The position numbers and the translations under genes were made by a program. This document shows positions 9,924 to 20,000 of a DNA stretch of 20,000 nt, in pieces (the first letter of the stretch is position 1; each line of letters starts with the position of its first letter). The notes beneath the pieces were generated by a model. It ran no database searches and was not told where the DNA came from. It saw only the letters and a program-made list of their open reading frames with translations. Source of the DNA: Catajapyx aquilonaris (lineage: Eukaryota). Location: positions 107,804 through 127,803 of the forward strand of contig KZ538122.1 in assembly GCA_000934665.2 (NCBI GenBank). Reading direction: 5' to 3'.

Positions 9924-11608
9924 TGTACAAGCTGTATTGTTATTAATATTTGATTTTGTTTTAATCCAAGGTGTAGCACTATTTTGCGAATTCTCCCTTT
10001 TGAAAATCCTGTGGAAATTACTTCCAAAATGTCACCAGAGGCCCTGCCTAGTTGGATGCTCCAAACTAATTTAGGACTAGTCAGATTAGCCAAACAACCT
10101 GGGCTGAGATGCTGCTAATGCATGAATAAAAGAGAAAAGCCAATTCTCATGATCACTCCTGCTTGGGTTACTGCTACATCACAATTACCCAAATTATTAT
10201 CAACCTACGAGGGAACAGAAGGTGGTGTCCAAGCCTGATTTTCTTGAAACTGGAACTTGTTCGGCAGGGAATGTTGGCAGGAAATGTACAAGGCAAAAGG
10301 TCCTACAAATAAATCATGCTGATAGGGTTTTTGCAGTAGTGAAGGGAAATCTTTTCTCTGTGAGCTGCCATAGGCATAATATATTGTTAAAAAATTATTA
10401 ATGCTTAGATTGTCATGGTGAGAATCTGCAATTATTTCGACATACTGTTTATTCATTCAATCAGGTGTGGCAGTTACTGGGTAGGCTGATCTCTTTGGTG
10501 AATACACAGGAGAATTCAGTGGTGTTTGGTGAGTAATATCAGACCTAACCTTTTTTTGAACTGTGAAAATTGGCATATTTTTGTTAGTGAAAAGAGACAT
10601 CTTTTGTACAGTACCTGCAGTGGGGTGAATAGGGACATGAAAAAATTTACGTTTTTCATAATTTTCCTGGAATACCATTATTATAAGTGAGATACGAATT
10701 TCTGTTATGATTATTTTTTGAAATTCAGTGAATTTTGAATTATTGGGGACAGCTATTATTTTGTTTTAGGTCCATTCAAGGAGCTAGTCCTATAGTAAGG
10801 GTGTGAGATAAAAATATACATAAAAATATTCCATTCATCTTGCATTCATAGAGTAACAGTCCATAAAAAGTGTCCCATTCACTCCTTTGTACAGTGTAGC
10901 AATATGACAGTATACTCTTACAATGCAACCTACATGTTTGGCTGTAGATCATGACTGGTTGGACAATATGCAATAATTTTAATGAAGCCATAATTATCAT
11001 GGTTAATACAACATCACCGAACTTGTATTTGAAGTAACCATTATCGCATGGTATCAGCCACTAACCCAGAATCACACCTCTACATATTGTATACAAAAGA
11101 AACCTATCATTCAACTTGATAATGCAACAATGTAAATGCTTAGGACATTAGATAACCGCTGCCTACCCCTTTATTGCGTGACCTTCACAATGATGGACCA
11201 TAAAACCCATAACACACCATGGAACTACCTGTCATTAAATGTGCGGGTTGCATCTTGAAATAATCACTGCAGTGTGCATTTAATTTTTAATAGTGGGTAT
11301 TCGTGAACATTCTAATGAACCATGTATTTGTCACCAGAATATTAACATATGATTTTTTTTAAATATGGGCTTGGGGGGAGGTGTGATGACTATTTCTGTC
11401 TCAACATTTTTGATCCGTAGTGCGTGGGGAAGGCTCTCCCAACATTTGTCCCAGATGTGATGGGACACTGTGTCCAACCAAGGTTGTAGATTCGAACCCC
11501 CCGCTCCCCAGTGAGAGGTTGGTGGGATTGGGGAAGGCAGTTGCGAGGCGATTGGCTGGAAGCTTTCCGTTGGCAAGATGGAGGCAGACTTGGTGGTGGT
11601 GCTGGCTC

Positions 11609-11680
11609 CCTCCTCTTCCTCCTCCTCCTCCTCTTCCTGCTGCACCGATGCTGGTGACTCCCTCCTCGCCTCCTCCTCCC
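11609..11680 (+). repeat. (CCT)n-rich low-complexity tract
   Basis: CCTCCTCTTCCTCCTCCTCCTCCTCTTCCT plus further CCT runs. Confidence 0.8.
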
Positions 11681-11876
11681 CATGCCCTCTTGGCCCCTGG
11701 TCCCGCCCCGCTCCCTCCACCACCATGCCAGGCACGGGCCTCTGGTAGGGGCAGCGCTGGCAGCCCACACCGCCGCCGCCTTCACGGGGACACCTGCAGC
11801 CCAGGGTGAGTCCCTCCTCCCTTTATTATTTGCAGGGGCTGTGAGACAGGCATCAGGAAGGAAAGGAAGGGGAGGA

Positions 11877-11946
11877 CCGTGTGTGTGTGTCTGGAGGGAT
11901 CGTGTACGGGAGAAGGGGGGACGCGATACACACACACACACACGGG
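11877..11946. repeat. Inverted (GT)n/(AC)n microsatellite pair
   Basis: CCGTGTGTGTGTGT ... ACACACACACACACACGG separated by about 35 nt. Confidence 0.75.
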
Positions 11947-13567
11947 GACGGGGTGCGGTTAGTAGGCCTGGTTGGAAGCCCACTCAGGCTGGAGCCAGGC
12001 CTGCCTGCCCCTCCATCAGTTGTCACTCAGCTGATCCCACCCTCAATCTGCAAGTCATCTGTTGGCTTCCAGTGCCAGGTGTGGTCTGGCTGCTTCTTGA
12101 GGCTGGTTCACACTGACAGTGCAACTGGAAGTAGGGCTGGAGATTACCCCTTCTTGTGGGGCCAGAGTTTTGGGCATATTCAAGGTGAATTGATAACGTA
12201 GGACATGAGTTGACATGCTGGTAGTAGAGGCGAAAGTAGCAGGATCCTTGCTAATCACACACAAATTCTGCAGGCATTGTTATTGAAATAGGCCTGCAAT
12301 GTGAGTTTTGGTAAGTGCCTTATGATCCTGATGCCTTATGGCTGAAAATCCATGCGCTTTACTAGGAAGTCAATGTGGGTTGTGTACGTCTCCCATATTA
12401 CCTCACATACACTCTGAATCACATAAGTGTGAACCTTTTTGGATACCCATATGCCTGAGGGGCCGGTGAGCCGCCACGCCGCAAAATGAGTCCCCGGTAT
12501 CTATGGCTTTCTCGAAGAAACATTACTGGTAGGCCTACATGTCATTCAAATGCCGAATTATCATGGGCAGCCCAGGCGGTAGCTGCAGCACTACACAAAC
12601 TGCACATTTTGTTGTGAAAAGCAGTAGGGCCTGGCATGTTGGGCACTACTTTCGGGCGGTTCACCAACCCCCTCGGGCTCATGCATATCAAAAAATGTTC
12701 ACTCTTATGTGAATTGGAGAGTAATGGCATGCCGGTATAATGGGGGGTGGCTGGCATGCCGCAATAACTGAGGTAGATTCTCGTGATTTTGATCCTTGTA
12801 AAAATTGTTGGAATGCTTAATTGGTATCGTCCCAGAATAATGTTTATGGTGAAAAATGTACAGGGCTGTGACAATACTGTATGTAAGTTATGTCGCACAG
12901 TGTGTATAGTGTGACCAATTCCATCATCAGTCAGCTTTGAGAGGGGAACCCCCTCTATGCCATCACAAAGGATTGACCAACTCCTTCAGTACTTCGGTTT
13001 GCTCAGTAGCTCACTGGTCGCAGGTTTTGCTGGTTCTGTACTTCAGGCACACTAGTAGTTAATAATGACTAGCACGTAATCTGATGTTGCCTGGGAGTGT
13101 TGTGGTGTGTTGTGTAGGGGTATACGGATATGCAAGAATGTAATGCACTTCATCATCCATATACTCAATATGTGACTCCCTCTTTGAGCTTACCTTTTGT
13201 TTCTGAGAAAATCATTGCATCATTGGAATCAAGATTCTTTGTCTGATTTTTAGAGCCAAGCATGTTGAAAGAGTAGTGTCTCTTTAACTTGTGCTCCTGC
13301 AACTGGATTTGAATTTGGTATCACCATCCAAGTGCGATTTGTTGGACACCACTCTGGCACCACAACCTTCCACATGGGGTCCCACATTTAATCTGTGCAA
13401 TGGGCAGAGGAATTTCTCGTGTGGAAAGAGTTTAAATGGGTTTTCTCTGTGTTAGTGTGGATTTTGTCTTGGTCATTTCTCAGGGTTCCTCTGTTTCTTA
13501 CCGAATCCAGCCTAGTTCAGTCAATAAAGGGTTTTAAGAGGCCCAGTAGGCCTATCGCAAGATATCC

Positions 13568-13568
<1 letters not shown>

Positions 13569-13598
<30 letters not shown>

Positions 13599-13618
13599 AG
13601 CGTTGTTAGCGTTGTTAG
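13569..13618 (+). repeat. (GTT)10 microsatellite followed by (AGCGTTGTT)2
   Basis: Read directly from the sequence. Confidence 0.95.
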
Positions 13619-13824
13619 TCTGGACGGATCTGGTTTTGTCTCATAGATGCACCACATGAATGGAATGTGTAAATGGACATATTAATGCTTTTGTATGGTG
13701 ACCAGACTAATTAGTTGGGTTATATGCAATAGTAGGGTAATTTGAGTTGTTTGGAAGCTGTTAATCCAATTTGGGTCCTCTGGGTGGTGACAAGTACTAG
13801 AAAATTGGCCTAATGAACTGTATA

Positions 13825-13963
13825 CATGGATGGACAAAAAAAAACAGTAGTCCCTTGACCATTTCCCGGCATGGGCTGCGTGAGTGGTGATAGCTCCTTT
13901 CGCCTTCACTCACACTGCCCATGCCAGAAAATTTTCAAGGGACTGTTATTTTGTCCAGGAATG
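13825..13963. mobile_element. 139-bp hairpin MITE with TA TSD (Tc1/mariner-like)
   Basis: TA|CAT..TGGACAAAA..AACAG..TCCCTTGA..GGCATGGGC..GTGAGTG mirrors CACTCAC..GCCCATGCC..TCAAGGGACTGTTATTTTGTCCA..ATG|TA. Confidence 0.78.
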
Positions 13964-15189
13964 TACGGACATGTTGTAAATGCAAAGAGCAGTGGGATTG
14001 TACGTTATGTTAGAATGCCCCATTAACAAAGCCTAAAAGAATTCACACCTGGCAACGATACTTTCTTAGAGAAGGGAATTGTTTTTGGAACTCATTATTG
14101 CGCTGATGTTACACTGGATCATTGAAAAGTGTTTTAATTCTGGGAGTATGTACGAAAGTGGTTAATAAATAGATAAACCTCTTCACTGATTAGTGCAATT
14201 ATAATTTCGGAGTTGTAAAGAAGCAAGATTCCTCCCAAGACATGACTGTGTTGTAGTTGTGGGATTTAAAAATGAAGTGAGGTTTGGTAACCAATTCTAC
14301 ACAAGATCTTATAGATATTATGTTAAGCTGTGGTGTTACTGCTGCTAGTAAAGTAAGAAGAGCACAATGCAAGAAAGAATTTAGGCTGTGCCTGTGGCAT
14401 GCATGGATACTAATATTTGTCATTGTCTAAAATTCTATTGTGTTCATTCACCCTGCATTCCAGGGAAGAACAATAAAAATAACTCCTGGAATTGAGAGGA
14501 GCTGGGATGGATGTTGCAAGCAGTGACATTCATTGTGTCTTTACCCCATCGGCACCATGCTGATGTGGCAGTGATAACCGCACCATTTGGAGCCAGACTC
14601 ATGCAGCTCATTATATCCACAGCAATGGATCTGTTGGGACTGAAACTTGGGACTCCAGCAAATCAGCGGAAGAGGTTAGGTCATGGACGAACCAACCTGG
14701 CTGTGGGGTCACTGGTGAGGGCGGAGGGTCAGGTCAGCAGGTGTGGAGCAGTTCCCACTAGCCTGGAGTGTGCTGCCGAAGATGGTCTTGTACAGAAAAC
14801 CTATGAGGAAGTGGTGAGGTCATATGCTTGTTTTGTACATGTTCGTTGTAGCCTAATAGGTACTTGTCTCTTTCTAAGACATGCAAGCTGCCCGGGAATC
14901 CCAGGTCCACATTTCTGATTGTCTTCAGCCCTGATGGGTAAGTACTACAGTACTTGGTTGGGGATTTTGAGGTGGATTCTTGTGGCCTCCTGGTAAGTTG
15001 GGAGGAATGGGCCTGCCACTCAAATGATGACATACAGTATAGAGTTAGAATTAAAGTGGTATTTTGGTGGGTGACGTACAGAAGAAGGCAGGGGAGCAGG
15101 TCCAATGTGAGGAGGGTGAATGTTTTGAATTGTGGGAGACAATAATCAATGGAAGCAGACGTTACATGCCAGTGAGATGAGATATGAAT

Positions 15190-15863
15190 GGGGAAGTAGC
15201 CTTCATTTTGGAAACTACATAATAAATTCGCCCAAATTTTTTGGATTTTTTTGGCATATTCTGTTTTAAGATAGCAGTTTCAGTTCCGGAGATATTGGCG
15301 TTTTTTCGTAGGCAAATGGTGACGTCACTGTTTGCCTGGAAAATATTGACGTCACGCGAAGTGAAATGAACGCAAAAATGGTGTTATAGAACGCACCCCG
15401 CCATTGTTGTAAAATCCTTCGCTGTTGTTAGCAACCGTCCCATTCTGTGAGCAAGATAGCGGCCGGGGCGCGTATTTATTCCAGGCCGCTCAAGCCGCTC
15501 CTGTGCTGACAGTGGTGCCTACTGGTAGGAAATATCTGTCACCCGAATTCGGCACATGAAGGCCCCTTTTCTCCACCTCGATGGCCTACAGCTTCCTTGC
15601 GAATGCTTTCCGTCGTGTCCGCGGTTAATTCAAAGTCAAATTCCTCATATCTCGCAGTCAACCAGGCATTTCGGTGTACCCTTTCGATTGGCACCACTCT
15701 GTTGCTCTGTTTTTCCCGCCAATTTTGAAGGCACTTTTAAATGTGCCGTAATTTATCCAGTAATGTCATTTTGATGCAACAGAGTGATGGAATGTATGTT
15801 TACAGGCATGGGCTAGCTAGTTATGAACAAAAATCCCAAATCCCAGACCAAGGCTACTTCCCC
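15190..15863. mobile_element. 674-bp non-autonomous TIR DNA transposon, copy A (AT-flanked, ISL2EU/PHIS-like)
   Basis: Perfect 14-bp TIR GGGGAAGTAGCCTT / AAGGCTACTTCCCC with AT on both sides. Colinear with 17861-18637. Confidence 0.9.
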
Positions 15864-15913
15864 ATTCTGAAAATCTGCAGTCTTCACAGTAGTCACTCTA
15901 ACAGTCATTAGCA

Positions 15914-16145
15914 GGGGAGGTGGAGTGGCACTGCGGTAATGTATGCGCCCACGGATAGAAGGGTACCGGGTTTGATCCCAGCATGGGGTCTCCCCCCTTA
16001 ATCTCGTACGGAGTTGGGTCATCTCTGGCTTTGTCTCGATAGCGACAAACGATTTTTGGATTCAAATTCAGCAGACCATGAACAGGTTTCGTGGCCAACT
16101 TCTGGTGACCGGCCACTTTGGTTTTTCCGGGTCCACTCGATGTGC
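15914..16145 (+). mobile_element. tRNA-derived SINE (head clear, 3' boundary approximate)
   Basis: A-box-like TGGCACTGCGG (15926-15936) and B-box-like GGTTTGATCCC (15969-15979) at tRNA spacing, without a good cloverleaf. Downstream GGTTTTTCCGGGT resembles a common SINE body motif. Confidence 0.6.
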
Positions 16146-16275
16146 CAAGATCAAGTCTACTGGCGGGTGTCCTTGGGTTCCTTGGAAACTGGAAATGAGA
16201 TTGACAACATTCTATGTCATTGTTGTCCAGTTGGAATTTCCTTGGCAATGAGAAAAAGTCTTGAATCACTCTTGC

Positions 16276-16315
16276 GTGATTTGCCAAGCTTGTAAAAACA
16301 AGCTTGGCAAATCAC
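16276..16315. repeat. Perfect 18-bp inverted repeat with 4-nt loop
   Basis: GTGATTTGCCAAGCTTGT-AAAA-ACAAGCTTGGCAAATCAC. Confidence 0.92.
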
Positions 16316-16489
16316 ATGCAGTTTTCTAGGGATGGAGAGAGACAGCTGGAGCTTGGAGGGACAACTGGCATTACTAGTGATGTCAAGTCCCCATTCTTAA
16401 GAGAGCAAATGGGAGGAATGAAGCTCTCTCCTCTCTCTAGAGTCTAGACAACTGGAGAGCAAAAAAAACCACTCCTGTGCTGAATCTAT

Positions 16490-17326
16490 GGACCTTTTAA
16501 AGGCCCATACACACAGGCCGTCGACGGTTTTGGTTTTTGGTCGCGTTGACGTTGTGGACCAATCATGACTCATGTAAACAAGCTGTAAACAATTGGTTGC
16601 ACTTGTTTACATGAGTCATGATTGGTCCGCAACGTCAACGCGACCAAAAACCAAAACCGTCGACGGCCTGTGTGTATAGGCCTTTAACGCTACGTCATCA
16701 CAACAAAGGCGGCCATCTTGTTGGTTGGGTAAAACCCCTATCCTGCCCGTGTTGTTGGCAGGGTTTTTGAGGTCTGCCGGGGTTTGTGAGCTCTGCTGTG
16801 GCCCGTGGTTGGCCCGTGGCCTACCTACAGGGCTCCCCGACATGGCCCGGCCTTTGGAACCACTGCCTCACTACGCGAAAAGTCTTACTACGGGAGAGGC
16901 AAAGAGGCGAAGCGATACGATACTCGATACTCTCGGGGGTAAATGGCTCGCTCCAGCTCGTGTAGTTGACAGTGTTTGTGACGGTCTGTGAGGTTTGCCA
17001 GGGTTAATTAGTCACACTGCTACTTCCAGCAGGGAAATAAACACGGGAAATGGTTACTTTGTGCAAAGTGTGAGCTACGCAAATCCGTCGATGTTTGGTG
17101 GGTTACCAACTTTTCTCGACCTTCTCCACTCTCCTGACGGCGGCCAACAATCTGGCCCTCCCCTCCACATCCATTTGGAACCGAAAAAAAGCCCGGTGTG
17201 GCTTACTTACTCGATATATTGTTGCAGAAATAACCCGCTCACCATGCCGCCATTGCTGGTTCTGCCCAACCAATAAGATGGCCGCCGCGAAAAAATGTAA
17301 ACAAATACGTCATGGCTAAAAGGTCC
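16490..17326. mobile_element. AT-flanked TIR element (about 650 bp without the nested insert), ISL2EU/PHIS-like
   Basis: Termini AT|GGACCTTTTA and TAAAAGGTCC|AT. Subterminal inverted repeat GGCGGCCATCTTGTTGGTTGGG (16708-16729) versus CCCAACCAATAAGATGGCCGCC (about 17265-17286). Confidence 0.8.
16501..16683. mobile_element. 183-bp near-perfect hairpin MITE with TTAA TSD (AG...CT ends, Kolobok/T2-like)
   Basis: Arms of about 82 bp (AGGCCCATACACACAGGCCGTCGACGG... / ...CCGTCGACGGCCTGTGTGTATAGGCCT) with 2 mismatches. TTAA at 16497-16500 and 16684-16687. Confidence 0.92.
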
Positions 17327-17354
17327 ATTGATCAGGCAGTTGTCTATTTACTTT

Positions 17355-17368
17355 GTAACCATAGGAAC
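17355..17368 (+). promoter_or_regulatory. RFX X-box
   Basis: GTAACC-AT-AGGAAC fits the GTHNYY-AT-RRNAAC consensus and lies about 100 bp upstream of the RIIa-domain ATG. A forkhead-type TGTTTAC is at 17424-17430. Confidence 0.65.
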
Positions 17369-17466
17369 CAATTTCAACAACTGGTGTATTTTATTAGAGG
17401 AAGAACTACTCAACAGTTCCACATGTTTACCTGTCAGCTTTACTTGGGGCAAATTTACGGGACGAA

Positions 17467-17709
17467 ATGGAGGCACTTGTAGAACGTCACGGAATCAGGC
17501 GAAGGTTTCCTGTCCCAGCTGGCTTGAAGTCTCTTCTTCACGATCTGTGCAGGGAAATTCTCCGGGATCAGCCAGAGAATATCTTTGAGTATAGTGCCAA
17601 ATTCTGTGAGAAACGACTTGCTTTGCGTAAACTTCAAGACAAACCTCAGACAAGTGGCCGCTCAACACCACGTAGGGACAGAGAGGCTCGAGCTAGAGAC
17701 GAGTGTTAA
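17467..17709 (+). CDS. RIIa dimerization/docking (D/D) domain protein, Sp17/CABYR/ropporin-like; whole small protein or first coding exon
   Basis: VPAGLKSLLHDLCREILRDQPENIFEYSAKF matches the D/D pattern 'iP.GL..LL..l.REvLR.QP.ni..faa.yf'. Good Kozak context GAAATGG. Confidence 0.85.
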   Translation: MEALVERHGIRRRFPVPAGLKSLLHDLCREILRDQPENIFEYSAKFCEKRLALRKLQDKPQTSGRSTPRRDREARARDEC

Positions 17710-17860
17710 TGAGGAATGTGTCGACTAACTCCCAAGAGATGCCTGTGTCTTGCATCAGGGTAAAACAATACTCACAACTTATTTTTACCGTCCTAAGGGG
17801 GGCGGGCAGCATGGAACTTGGTAAAGCAAATCTGGCTGGATTGTTCATGTTGTTAATAAT

Positions 17861-18637
17861 AGGGTCCTAGCCTTCATTTTGAAAACTACATCATAAATTT
17901 GGCCGTATTTTTTGGATTTTTTTAAAATTCAGTTTTAAGATATCAGTTTTAAGTTCCAGAGCTATTAGCGTTTTTTCGGTAGGACATGGTGACGTCACTG
18001 CGTCCTAGCGAAATGTTGTTGATGTCGCGCAAAGTGAATTGAAGGCAAGAATGATGTTATAGAATGTGCCCCGGCATGGTCGTAAAATGCTTCGTTGTTG
18101 TTAGCAACCGTCCTATTCCTGGTGCCTGCAGTGCCAGACTCTCGTAGAGCTCGGTTCGGAGGGGGGGGGCAGGTTGCCCTGGGGCAAACCCACCCCGCTG
18201 TGTGCAGGAGGGAGTGAAGAAGCGTGAGCAAGATAGCGGCTGTGGCACGTTTTTACTCTAAGCTGTTCAAACTCCTTCGGGCCCGGCAGTGATGCCAGCA
18301 GCTCGGAATTATCTGTCTCCCGAATTCGGCACATAAAGACCCCTTTCCTCACCTCGATGGCCTACAGCTGCCTTGCGAATGTTTTCCGTCGTGTCTGCTG
18401 TAACTTCAAAATCAAATTCCTCATCTCTCGCAGTCAACCAGGCATTTCAGTGTACCCTTCGATTGGCACCACTCGGCTGCCCCGTTTTTCCTACTAATTT
18501 TGAAGGCACTTTTAAATATTCCGTAATTTATCCAGTAATGTCATTTTGATGCAACAGAGTGATGGAATGTGTGTTTACAGGCATGGGCTAGCTATTTATG
18601 AACAAAAATCCCAAATCCCCGGCAAAAGGCTAACCCC
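17861..18637. mobile_element. 777-bp non-autonomous TIR DNA transposon, copy B (same family and orientation as 15190-15863)
   Basis: Colinear with copy A; the 3' ~95 bp differ at about 2 positions. Decayed TIRs AGGGTCCTAGCCTT / AAGGCTAACCCC with AT flanks, plus an extra ~104-bp internal segment. Confidence 0.88.
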
Positions 18638-20000
18638 ATTGCTGGTTAGTTTTCTTAACAATGAATAACAAACAATGACTTTCTGAATGGGTTTACAGAG
18701 CTCAATGCTTCCCATCCTAAGTGAAAAGGTGACCACAAGAGAAACATGGCCAATCTCAATAAGTTAAATAAATTTGTTGGTTTTTTCATGGTGCATTATG
18801 TTGTTAGCATTTGGTTAATAAAGCTGAAATGATGACTATCCTGGCAGTACCACAATTTTGATACTTGAAAGACAGGATCATAGGGAGGGTGTGCACCTTG
18901 CACATCATAATCTTTTGCCTGATGCAGTATAGCCACAACTGCTGTTCTATCACAAAAATTCCAATAAATGTCACTGGAATAAAATTAACTTTGATATTAT
19001 CTATTATTATTAACATGAGAAAAGTGGAAGTCAAAAGTGGCTTATCTTTGTCGAACCTCATTCCGAGAAAACGCCACTTTTCAGTTTCGGATTGTGTAGT
19101 TGCAGATGTGATTCCCTGCTTTTTTCTTCTGTTATGCTCCCAAGAATGTTTGGGCACTACCTGAGATGATTGATTGATTGGGAGAAGCCAGAGCAACTAA
19201 GTTGTTTGGGTATTAGGAGACAATAGCAGGTTACTCGGCATTGCCCAGATATGTTGGGGGTCCTGGTAAAGCTAGGTGTACATATATTTTAGGAAGTTTG
19301 TTTGTTTGTAAAATTTTCGTTCCATATACACTCGAAACTCAATATGCCTTAAATTAAGCCTTATAAGTTACAATAAGGCAAAGTTTGTCACTATCTGTGA
19401 TAGATTACCTGCTTTGGTTATAGTGTAGTCGACACAGACATGCTGATTGGATGTGTAAAAAGAGGAATACGGTTGAAGTTTGGCCCAGGAAAAGACTGCA
19501 CATCCATGGTTTTTTTCCCCCAGAATATATGACCCCTTGACCCCCCCAACCCCACCTCACACCCCACTGAAGAACTTGAGAAATGTACGTACAGATGCCT
19601 GGTGGGAAATTTTGTTTTCAACATTTAGTAATTTTTGTAACTACTGTATTTTTTTTTGTATTTATTTGTGTCTGGAAGTCTAATATCAAATCACACAAAA
19701 TCCTGGAATGACCATACGATACAAACTCACATGAGGTGGCCAATTAGCGCAATTGGTGGATGCGTTGAATAATTTACAGCGATGGGACGTATGTAAAAAA
19801 GGAGGTGCAAGATATATAGATGAAAATGCATTAATTTGCTAGGTTTGTTGCATAAGGGCATTTCCAAGGGATTGCGAACTTGGAAAAAGAGTAATAATTG
19901 TTGATATATTGTTATTGATGTTGACACATGTTAATTGTTGAGGCCCGAGTAGTGAGACGATTCGGGAATATGCATGTTGTAGGAGTTACGTTCATTTTCG

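Noticed and set aside
11331..12201. Several overlapping 100-200 aa ORFs on both strands
   Set aside because: Explained by high GC content and microsatellites; no recognisable domains.
12320..12355. CTGATGCC-TTAT-GGCTGAAA, resembling a minimal hammerhead ribozyme core
   Set aside because: It lacks the full CUGANGA core and convincing stems I and III with an NUH site.
13194..13392. Minus-strand segment bounded by acceptor-like and AAG|GTAAGC donor sites
   Set aside because: Stops occur in all three frames; at best a non-coding exon with no support.
14511..14918. 135-aa ORF with VAVITAPFG...LLGL, faintly like the PIF1 helicase motif Ia region
   Set aside because: No Walker A or DExx motif at the expected positions; the similarity is probably chance.
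19524..19584. Candidate exon (CCCCCAG|...AAT|GTACGT) as a continuation of the RIIa ORF
   Set aside because: Its open frame does not match the phase of the available donor, and the joined frame hits a stop.

Overview
Eukaryotic (metazoan, probably arthropod) genomic DNA. Left and centre: a ribokinase gene with an intronless CDS (minus strand, 3835-4773) lies head-to-head with a 4-coding-exon DEAH-box helicase DHX33 gene (plus strand, 6407-9853). They appear to share a short CpG-rich promoter at about 5850-6000. Right: a dense cluster of non-autonomous mobile elements surrounds a short RIIa dimerization/docking-domain ORF (Sp17/CABYR-like, 17467-17709), which has a consensus RFX X-box about 100 bp upstream. 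The cluster holds two copies of an AT-flanked TIR element, a third AT-flanked TIR element with a TTAA-flanked hairpin MITE inserted in its left TIR, and a tRNA-derived SINE head. Further small hairpin MITEs and microsatellites occur in introns and intergenic DNA. The most notable unexplained signals are an acidic overlapping reading frame in the first DHX33 coding exon and a possible orphan gene at about 2.1-3.05 kb. I see no convincing evidence of a new multi-gene system. All family assignments come from remembered motifs, not database searches.
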